A DNA stretch of 64,000 bases from a virus (lineage: Duplodnaviria > Caudoviricetes). Under the pieces are notes generated by a model. It saw only the letters and a list, made by a program, of their open reading frames with translations, made no database searches and was not told where the DNA came from. Below, one piece after another: positions 29,073-35,901 of this stretch (positions within the stretch are counted from its first letter, which is position 1; every line of letters begins with the position of its first letter). Made by a program: the position numbers and the translations under genes. The stretch spans positions 14,845-78,844 of the IMG/VR virus record IMGVR_UViG_3300047160_003205; one strand, given 5' to 3'.

Positions 29073-29789
29073 ATTTCCGTCTATTCGAACGTCCCCCGCT
29101 ATCCCTTCTCCGGTTTCCGGGGAACCCTCTTCGCCGCCGTTCTCGCGAGCCCGGGCCGCTTCGTCCCGGTCCCGGAAGCGGTCGGGCGCGGCTTTAACGC
29201 GACGACGGCCGCGAAGAAAATTAACCTCCGCTTCGCCCGCGACGCGGCTCCCTTCGAAATCCGGACGCTCGGCCCGGCGAAGGCTCCGACCGAGGTCGGG
29301 CTCTTCGTCGTCGGGGCTATCGGCGAAGGCCGCGTCTCCCGCGATAGCCGCTCGGGCGAGCGGCGAACCGCCGCTAACGACGGCGCCGAAAACTTCGGGA
29401 AGGAACGGATCGTCCCGACGCTCGTCCGCTTCGCCGAGAAGCGCGAGGCCGTTTTCGCCGCTCGCGGCGAACGGATCGAAGCGGCTAAGGCCGTTCTCGC
29501 CGAAGAGGAGGCCGAGGCCGCTCCGGAGGCCGCGCCGCTCGCGCCCGAGGCCGCGCCCGAGGCCGCGCCCGCGCCCGAGGCCGAGGCCGAGGCCGCGCCC
29601 GAGGCCGCGCCCGAGGCCGCGCCCGACGCGCCCGACGCGCCCGAGGCCCCGACCGAGGCCGAGGCCGCGCCCGAGGCTCCCGCGCCCGAGGCCGCTCCGG
29701 AGGCCGAACCGACCGAGGCCGAGGCCGCGCCCGACGCGCCCGAGGCCCCGACCGAGGCCGAGGCCGCGCGCCCGCGTCGCCGCCGCTAA
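29073..29789 (+). CDS. ATT-initiated protein (238 aa): wHTH-like domain, acidic EAAP-repeat tail, RPRRRR end
   Basis: TAGGAGAGAC-N4-ATT; open to TAA 29787-29789; motif spacing shared with ORF 13-450. Absent from the ORF track. Confidence 0.8.
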   Translation: MSVYSNVPRYPFSGFRGTLFAAVLASPGRFVPVPEAVGRGFNATTAAKKINLRFARDAAPFEIRTLGPAKAPTEVGLFVVGAIGEGRVSRDSRSGERRTAANDGAENFGKERIVPTLVRFAEKREAVFAARGERIEAAKAVLAEEEAEAAPEAAPLAPEAAPEAAPAPEAEAEAAPEAAPEAAPDAPDAPEAPTEAEAAPEAPAPEAAPEAEPTEAEAAPDAPEAPTEAEAARPRRRR

Positions 29790-29794
29790 CCCTT

Positions 29795-29820
29795 TCGGGG
29801 GAGGCTCCGGCCTCCCCCGA
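29795..29820 (+). other. Perfect 11-bp hairpin between the two island genes
   Basis: TCGGGGGAGGC-TCCG-GCCTCCCCCGA; no T-tract on either side. Confidence 0.75.
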
Positions 29821-29852
29821 CCCCTTCCCTCGCTCCGATAGGAGAGACGACG

Positions 29853-30044
29853 ATTAAGACGCTCCCGACCCCGACCCCGGAAGCCGCCGCCTTCCGCCTT
29901 CTCGCCCGCCGCGCCGCCTTCGAAGCGGCCCGGCTCCGCGCCGCCGAAACCGGGCGCGCTACCGTCGCGGCGATTTACGCGCCGCGCGGGTTTCGCTCCC
30001 TCGGCGAAGGCGGGTTCCGCGCCTCGCCGGATTACTTCGACTAG
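29853..30044 (+). CDS. ATT-initiated protein (63 aa), Ala/Arg-rich
   Basis: Identical TAGGAGAGAC-N4-ATT context; MKTLPTPTPEAAAFRLLARRAAFEAARLRAAETG...SPDYFD. Confidence 0.7.
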   Translation: MKTLPTPTPEAAAFRLLARRAAFEAARLRAAETGRATVAAIYAPRGFRSLGEGGFRASPDYFD

Positions 30045-30050
30045 CCGCGC

Positions 30051-30122
30051 GCTATACTTCGCGGGCCGGGCGAATACTTCGCTACGGCCCGCGAATACTT
30101 CGCCGACCGCCGCGAATACTTC
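30051..30122 (+). repeat. GCGAATACTTC direct repeats, 21-bp period
   Basis: Exact copies at 30070, 30091, 30112 and a partial copy ending at 30060. Related copies at 28881 and 28893. Confidence 0.9.
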
Positions 30123-30256
30123 ACACACACACCCGGGGGCACGCTTCGCTCCACCACACTGCTTTCCAATGTCGTGAACCTTTGCTGTACACACGGCGCC
30201 ATAGAGCCACACAGTCCCGGAGGATGTAACCCACATTGATGCGGAATTGTACAACT

Positions 30257-30603
30257 TAACCATACCACACCCAACCTCACCCGACCAAGGAGGACCGAAC
30301 CCGACCAAACCCGACCAAACCCCACCTGACCACGTTGTGCCACACCAATCCAAACCTTGCCTCACCGTCCCTTACCAGCAGCAGACCAGACCGTACCTTG
30401 CCACAGCAGGGATTCACCGCACCTTACCACACCGAACCTCACAATAGCATACCTGACCGTACCCGAACAGACCAGACCCCGCCACACCTAATCTTATCAT
30501 ACCACACCTCGCCCAATCAGACCGTGCCGTACCATACCCGATTTTACCAAACCTGACCAGACCACGCCGCATCGGACCAAGCCCGACCACAGGATACCCT
30601 GCC
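30257..30603 (-). ncRNA. GGY-NN pentamer array, candidate guide RNA (VIPR-like)
   Basis: 67 pentamers in three phased blocks (38+5+24), 53 starting GGT/GGC. Begins at the first base after the RAMP gene stop codon. Confidence 0.8.
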
Positions 30604-31233
30604 TTAAGGTTGCGATAGCTCCCACTTAACCACTACGAAGCGTCCGAAGGTTGGCCGCATGTCCCCAAGCCCGACCAAGCGCCCCGCGTCGTCAATCACG
30701 CGCCGAAGAAACACTGGATCGATGTAATCTGACAGTTGCACCATGAACTGGAAGTCTGCTCGCCAGCCAGCCTTGATAGCTGGCCGTGTTCGGGTAACGG
30801 CACCCCGTTGCACCATTGCCCGTCGCCGGTCCTCGTAGTCCCACTTCGTGATTCCCAGCGAGGAGAGGTCATTCAAGCTGATTATGCCAGCACGGAACAG
30901 GTCCATTGCCGACTTTCTGGGCGACCTGGGGTCCTGTTGGAACTTGCTGGCATTGATTATGGAACCTCGCAGGTACTCCCCAGGAATAGAGATTTCCATA
31001 TCAGCATTGCGATAGACATAGGACTCCAAATTGTCAACCTTCTTGGCCTTCGACCCTTTTGGGGCCTTGGCCTTTGCCTCGACCTCATCCGTATTGTAGC
31101 GGTGAAACAACATTGGAGATGACCCCTCTAAGGTCATATCAACAATGTAGGGGACGCTCGCCTGAATAACGGGTTCGCCCCCATTGGAGGCTTGCTCCTC
31201 GGCTAGGTTAAGCAATTTGTCTCGGTTCAACAT
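30604..31233 (-). CDS. Solitary Cas7/RAMP-like protein (Vipr-like)
   Basis: IVDMTLEGSSPMLFH (RRM beta1), ISIPGEYLRGSII (like IPGSSLKG), C-terminal Gly loop GRLVGLGDMRPTFGRF. Start MLNRDK with RBS GAAGGGGG; alternative start 31269. Confidence 0.75.
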   Translation of the reverse strand: MLNRDKLLNLAEEQASNGGEPVIQASVPYIVDMTLEGSSPMLFHRYNTDEVEAKAKAPKGSKAKKVDNLESYVYRNADMEISIPGEYLRGSIINASKFQQDPRSPRKSAMDLFRAGIISLNDLSSLGITKWDYEDRRRAMVQRGAVTRTRPAIKAGWRADFQFMVQLSDYIDPVFLRRVIDDAGRLVGLGDMRPTFGRFVVVKWELSQP

Positions 31234-31272
31234 CGCCCCCTTCATTGGTTGTTGGTCCTTCCTCCCCAAACA

Positions 31273-31506
31273 TCATATCGAGCAGCCGCTCCTGTTGGGC
31301 TTCAGCTTCCACTGGATGGACCTGCTCCATGTGGTTGAGCATGCGAGGCCACCAGTTCTTTCCACCTTTCCCCTTAAAGGGCGGGATGGCGTAGTCACAG
31401 TAGCGGGCCTTGATGAGCCGCCCCTTCGCCTTGTAGTGCGCCTTGACATCCGCCACAGTGACCCTGGGGGTCTCTTCGATTGGGGTCTCAGCCATTCATC
31501 CACCAA
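31273..31506 (-). CDS. Hypothetical protein (frame ambiguous with 31208-31495)
   Basis: Two overlapping candidate ORFs directly upstream of the RAMP gene. Confidence 0.35.
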   Translation of the reverse strand: MVDEWLRPQSKRPPGSLWRMSRRTTRRRGGSSRPATVTTPSRPLRGKVERTGGLACSTTWSRSIQWKLKPNRSGCSI

Positions 31507-31858
31507 TTCATCAAGCGTTCAATAGCAATCCCGAGCCCCCACCCAGCCATTGTGAGCAGTATGAAGCCCCCGCCATAGACGATCACTCGCACAGTCCACT
31601 TCCCAGCTAGGTACGGGATCGAGGGCTTCAAGTCTTCATGCTCCCAGGCTTACGGAAGGCACTTTCAGGAATGCTTTTACTCCGCTGCCGGAGACGCTGA
31701 ATCGTTTCATTCCAGGCCTTCATGCGGCCATCTAGGCGCGTGCGAGCCTTCCGTAGCTTCCTCCTGGGATGCAATCCGTTCAGCTTCCCCACCATCTTCC
31801 TCCGTTCTTTCTTTATCCTACCCCGTCACAGCGTGCGTAGTCTATGCCCTTTCGACCT

Positions 31859-32113
31859 TCACCGTCCGCTACTTAACATATCCAGCATGAAGTCATGGGC
31901 CCAGTTCTGCTTATACCCACACACTGGGCAGGCCCACCCCGACCGGGTAGCCACCAGCTGGCCCAGGTCTTCGCGGTGCTCCAGGGCATAAGCCCGGTGT
32001 TCCTCGTCGCCTCGGTTGTCACCACATGTGAATGGATGCATGTACGGGGAGTTCTGCCACTGGTTGAGGGCCACGCACTGCTCCTCCGTGAAGGGAGCGT
32101 ATATCTTCACCAT
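31859..32113 (-). CDS. Hypothetical Zn-binding protein
   Basis: HPFTC...WACPVCGYKQ; RBS AGGAGG. Confidence 0.6.
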   Translation of the reverse strand: MVKIYAPFTEEQCVALNQWQNSPYMHPFTCGDNRGDEEHRAYALEHREDLGQLVATRSGWACPVCGYKQNWAHDFMLDMLSSGR

Positions 32114-32191
32114 TTCATTCCTCCTATCAGCAGGATCAGGCCAATGGTAGATGTCGTGAGACCAAACACCACCAGGAACAGTAGGAGCGCC

Positions 32192-32458
32192 TTAGTGCGC
32201 ATTATCGTTGGCCACTTCTTCCTTCAGGAGCCAATCGTAGGAGCCGTAGACGACGCTGTCGTCCTCCTCCATTGCCTGGGTGATGGCTTCATCCTCCACC
32301 ATCCCCAGCGAGATGCGCTTGAGCTTTATGAATCGCTTCCGCAGGTCGTCTCGCTTCACGAACTTCAACAGCCTCTCCCGCGTCTCCGCCGGCAGGCGGT
32401 TGGCCTTGTCTAGCTTTAACATCAGCCTCGCCTTCTCTAAGTCAAGCTGTTTCATCAC
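32192..32458 (-). CDS. Hypothetical protein
   Basis: 88 aa helical ORF in the operon. Confidence 0.5.
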   Translation of the reverse strand: MMKQLDLEKARLMLKLDKANRLPAETRERLLKFVKRDDLRKRFIKLKRISLGMVEDEAITQAMEEDDSVVYGSYDWLLKEEVANDNAH

Positions 32459-32461
32459 CAG

Positions 32462-32758
32462 CTAGGTCCAATCGGGCCATAAACGTGCCATGCATACCAC
32501 CAGTACTTCATTAGGTAGTGCTCCAGCCTGGGGTTGCGCGTCCTGAAACTGTTGAGCTTCTTCCGCCGGTACTTGCGCATCCGGTGGATGTGTGTCCACG
32601 GCCTCTTTCCCTTGGAGGTCCCGCAGTCGCTGTATGGCAGGCTCGAACCCACTGTATGTACTGTCTAGTACCCAGGTCCAATGTGGGGTATAGTAGCCAA
32701 TCTCAACCCGCTCCTCCATAACCCGGTAGACCCACATGCTCTCCGCCCTCCTGGCCAT
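32462..32758 (-). CDS. Hypothetical protein
   Basis: 98 aa ORF in the operon. Confidence 0.45.
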   Translation of the reverse strand: MARRAESMWVYRVMEERVEIGYYTPHWTWVLDSTYSGFEPAIQRLRDLQGKEAVDTHPPDAQVPAEEAQQFQDAQPQAGALPNEVLVVCMARLWPDWT

Positions 32759-32856
32759 GGTGATTATCGTTGTCGCTGTCGCGATTGTGTGGTGGATACT
32801 TCAGCAAATGCCGCTCCCCGCCCAGTTCCGATGGATTGTGAACATCCTTCTCGGAC

Positions 32857-33165
32857 TCATCGCTTTGCTGGTGCTCCTGTACTTTGTGGCGCCAATGTTG
32901 CACCTTGTCCACTAGCTAGCACATGTAGCTTGTGGTAGATATACACTGACCCTATCGTAATCACGACCGTCGCTACACTTATCAATGTGAGAAAGAGCAT
33001 TCCAAGCGCCACCCCCATCCAGCCTTCGGTGAACCAGCTCCAAACCCGCCGAGCCCTTCCCCACCCCCGCTTCGCGCACTTGCGCACCTGCCACCACCCC
33101 ATACGGAGGTCTTCCTTCAAGTCTTCCCACCAGCTCTCGCGGACCTCGTCACTTGGCATGATCAC
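32857..33165 (-). CDS. Membrane protein
   Basis: Long hydrophobic segment MGVALGMLFLTLISVATVVITIG. Confidence 0.5.
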   Translation of the reverse strand: MIMPSDEVRESWWEDLKEDLRMGWWQVRKCAKRGWGRARRVWSWFTEGWMGVALGMLFLTLISVATVVITIGSVYIYHKLHVLASGQGATLAPQSTGAPAKR

Positions 33166-33397
33166 GGATCCAGCTATCAGCGACCATCCGCATGAAAAAG
33201 CTTATGGAGAGACGTAGCTTGTGGGCGGCGTCCCGCACAGCGACAAACTCTCCGGGTGGGAAGTAGACACTAACTGCCACTGTCCTATCCTTCCCGGCCT
33301 CCAGTTTTCGCTGGAGTGCCTCTTGTCCAAGACTCCGCCGATTGTAGGGACGTTTCATCTCCGTTACGCTCCGTCCCCCTAGTCTAGTTGAAAACAA
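33149..33397 (-). CDS. Ribbon-helix-helix-like protein
   Basis: VSVYFPPGEFVAVRDAAHKLRLSISFFMR. Confidence 0.45.
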   Translation of the reverse strand: MFSTRLGGRSVTEMKRPYNRRSLGQEALQRKLEAGKDRTVAVSVYFPPGEFVAVRDAAHKLRLSISFFMRMVADSWIRDHAK

Positions 33398-35112
33398 AAA
33401 GAAAGTCGATGACCCGAGGAATTGTCGCGTGGCCTACATGGGGAAACACGAACTTTGTTGGCCAGTACCAGGCCGAGGAGTGGCCTGAGCCCCCGGAAGA
33501 CTGGGAGGCTACCCCGCAGCACGACCCGGAAGCTTTCAATGGCAGTGACCTTCCTCCCGAGAGCGACGCAATTCTGGCGGATGACACGGAGGAGGTGTAC
33601 CATCCCGGTCTTCACTCCTACGAGGGCGACAAGGGCTACGAGGACCCCGCTGAACTGACGGTCCTGAAGAGACGGCACGGGCCACTGAATGTGACGGCTC
33701 CTCAGCCGGGTCCCCAGATGAGGTTCCTGACGACGGCGGCTGACATCGCCATCTATGGCGGGGCGGCGGGCGGCGGGAAGACATGGGCGCTGTTGTTCGA
33801 GGCGTCCCGGCACATTAAGAACCCCTACTATGGCGCCGTCATCTTCCGCCGTACCAGTGTGCAAGTCCGGAATGAGGGTGGCCTGTGGGATGAATCTCTC
33901 CGCATGTACCCCGGCCTGGGCGGGGCTCCCCGCGAGCATGACCTTTGGTGGAAGTTCCCGTCCGGGTCCAATATCTCCTTCGCCCACCTGGAGCACGATA
34001 AGAATGCTCACGACTATCAGGGGGCACAGATCCCACTGATCGCCTTCGATGAGCTGACACACTTCACGGAAGCCCAGTTCTGGTACATGGTTAGCCGGAA
34101 CCGCTCCACATGTGGGGTGAAACCCTACATCCGTGCTACGTGCAACCCTGACGTTGACAGCTGGGTGGCAAAGTTTATTTCCTGGTGGATAAACCAGGAC
34201 ACTGGCTATGCTTACCCGGAGCGTGCGGGAAAGCTTCGGTACTTTGTCCGCATTGGTGATAAGCTCCACTGGGCATCTGACCCTAAAGCTCTGTCCCGCT
34301 TCCGCAATCCAGTAGACGGGAAGCCCATCAAGCCCAAGTCTGCCACCTTCATCCCGTCTAAGCTCACCGACAACAAGGTCCTGACCGAGTCCGACCCGGG
34401 GTATATGGCGAACCTGTTGGCGCTCCCTCTCGTGGAGAGGGAGCGGTTGCTGAATGGTAACTGGAAGATACGGTGGACGGGTCAACAATTCTTCAATGTC
34501 CAGAACCTACTCGTGAACGGGAGGCCGGTGGCGAACCCCACCAATACGGACAGTGTCTTCGCTGTACTCGACACAGCAAGTAAGACTGGTCATCAACACG
34601 ATGGCACGGCTGTCGTCTGGGTTGCGAAGAACAAGTACACTGGATATCCGCTGACGATACTGGATTGGGAGACGCTGCAGATCAGCGGGAACCTGTTGGA
34701 GAAGTGGTTGCCGTCCGTTTTTATACATGGTGAGAGACTGGCTCGTCGTTACGGCGCACGCGAAGGGTTCGTGGGTGCTTGGATTGAGGACAAGCAATCC
34801 GGAACCATTCTCCTTCAACAGGCACGTCGGCGGAACTTCAACGTCTTCCCGATTGAATCCAAGCTGACCCTCTTGGGCAAGGACGAACGCGCACTGAGTG
34901 TGAGTGGGTATGTTGGAACGGGGAAGGTCAAGGTAGCTGAAACCGCCTTCAATAAGACCCTCACCTATAAGGACATAACGCGGAATCATTTTCTCTCCCA
35001 GGTTGAAAGTTTCTCTATTGCCGACCCGGACAATAAGTCCCGGGCCGATGATTTGCTCGATTGCTTCTGCTACGCTGTCGCTATCGGCCTCGGCGATTGG
35101 GAAGGGTTCTGA
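33388..35112 (+). CDS. terL: Terminase large subunit
   Basis: YGGAAGGGKT (Walker A), FDELTHF (Walker B), RATCNP, DTASK, DDLLD nuclease motifs; acidic N-terminal extension. Confidence 0.93.
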   Translation: MKTKRKSMTRGIVAWPTWGNTNFVGQYQAEEWPEPPEDWEATPQHDPEAFNGSDLPPESDAILADDTEEVYHPGLHSYEGDKGYEDPAELTVLKRRHGPLNVTAPQPGPQMRFLTTAADIAIYGGAAGGGKTWALLFEASRHIKNPYYGAVIFRRTSVQVRNEGGLWDESLRMYPGLGGAPREHDLWWKFPSGSNISFAHLEHDKNAHDYQGAQIPLIAFDELTHFTEAQFWYMVSRNRSTCGVKPYIRATCNPDVDSWVAKFISWWINQDTGYAYPERAGKLRYFVRIGDKLHWASDPKALSRFRNPVDGKPIKPKSATFIPSKLTDNKVLTESDPGYMANLLALPLVERERLLNGNWKIRWTGQQFFNVQNLLVNGRPVANPTNTDSVFAVLDTASKTGHQHDGTAVVWVAKNKYTGYPLTILDWETLQISGNLLEKWLPSVFIHGERLARRYGAREGFVGAWIEDKQSGTILLQQARRRNFNVFPIESKLTLLGKDERALSVSGYVGTGKVKVAETAFNKTLTYKDITRNHFLSQVESFSIADPDNKSRADDLLDCFCYAVAIGLGDWEGF

Positions 35113-35169
35113 TGCTCATTGGATTAGTCTCTTGTCGCTATCGGCCTCGGCGATTGGGAAGGCTTCTAG
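35076..35169 (+). repeat. 30-bp exact direct repeat of the terL 3' end
   Basis: TGTCGCTATCGGCCTCGGCGATTGGGAAGG at 35076 and 35133, followed by gttcTGA and cttcTAG. Confidence 0.9.
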
Positions 35170-35424
35170 CTCCAGGTTGAACTTGTCCTCCTCCGGCAGC
35201 ATGTCATTGACGCTAAACAGCAGCGAGTTCATGACAGCCTTCATAAACTCGGCCTTCTCAATGTTGCTTTGAAGCTGGGTGAAGCGCCGTCCTACGATGG
35301 CGCCCAGCACCATACACACCGAGTGAACGGCGTCCCAGCCCTCCATGCCTTTGAGAAGCGCCAGTATCTCGCGCGCCTTGGCGTTTCGCACCTTAACGGT
35401 TTCATCCTCAGTCATAGCTGTCAT
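35116..35424 (-). CDS. Hypothetical protein
   Basis: 102 aa; its 3' end overlaps the second repeat copy. Confidence 0.5.
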   Translation of the reverse strand: MTAMTEDETVKVRNAKAREILALLKGMEGWDAVHSVCMVLGAIVGRRFTQLQSNIEKAEFMKAVMNSLLFSVNDMLPEEDKFNLELEAFPIAEADSDKRLIQ

Positions 35425-35758
35425 CCGTGTATTCTTGGGTTACGTCCGCCCACTCGCCCTCCTCAATGCCATTTATCTCCATCCACTTGTCCCAGATGTG
35501 AAACATGTTCATGATTTCCATGCCGGTCTTCGGCTGGTTCTTCAGCTTATACACTCGCCCGGACGCCGTGACCCCTTCATGCTTGATGGGGTCCCATTCC
35601 TCGATTGGGCTGCTCACGCGCCCGCTCATGGTTACATGGTTGAACCCCATGAAGTGTCGGGTGACGGTTGTCCCTTTGACGCGAACTTCAATCACGCGCC
35701 AGGGCGATAGCTCCGCCACGGGTTCATCCGAGACGGGGGCGGGAATGTGAATGGGCAT
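35408..35758 (-). CDS. Hypothetical protein
   Basis: WRVIE...RHFMG...GRVSSPIEEWD...TASGRVYKL motif; RBS GGAGG. Confidence 0.6.
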   Translation of the reverse strand: MPIHIPAPVSDEPVAELSPWRVIEVRVKGTTVTRHFMGFNHVTMSGRVSSPIEEWDPIKHEGVTASGRVYKLKNQPKTGMEIMNMFHIWDKWMEINGIEEGEWADVTQEYTDDSYD

Positions 35759-35901
35759 GCTAGCCTCCTCCAGTAAAGGTATTCGCGATCACATCTACGA
35801 TGAAGATGATCCCCATCAGCAGGAGTAGCACCAGAAAGCACAGGCCTAGGGCGGCAGCAATGAATCGCATCGCGTCCCTCTCCGCGACAGCCCTCTCGAT
35901 C

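Larger units (their letters stand above)
28820..30122. other. CA/TG-dinucleotide-free island
   Basis: Line-by-line reading: last CA at 28819-28820, next CA at 30122-30123, no CA or TG in between. Confidence 0.92.

Noticed and set aside
28593-30365. 590-aa Gly/Arg/Leu-rich ORF on the minus strand
   Set aside because: Shadow frame. TGA cannot occur in the TG-free, GC-rich island, and its GLGRG repeats are the antisense of the EAAP repeats of the plus-strand ATT gene, which has an RBS and a paralogue.
30041-30556. Short ORFs across the pentamer array (30041-30343, 30247-30447, 30335-30556)
   Set aside because: A 5-nt period is not codon-compatible and the products are low-complexity by-products of the repeat.
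30257-30603. Canonical CRISPR array next to a Cas7-like gene
   Set aside because: No 23-50 bp repeat with unique spacers and no cas1/2/5/6 genes; the constant unit is 3 nt.
30257-30603. Simple pentanucleotide microsatellite
   Set aside because: Units are not homogenised (all 16 NN occur) and the start coincides exactly with the stop codon.
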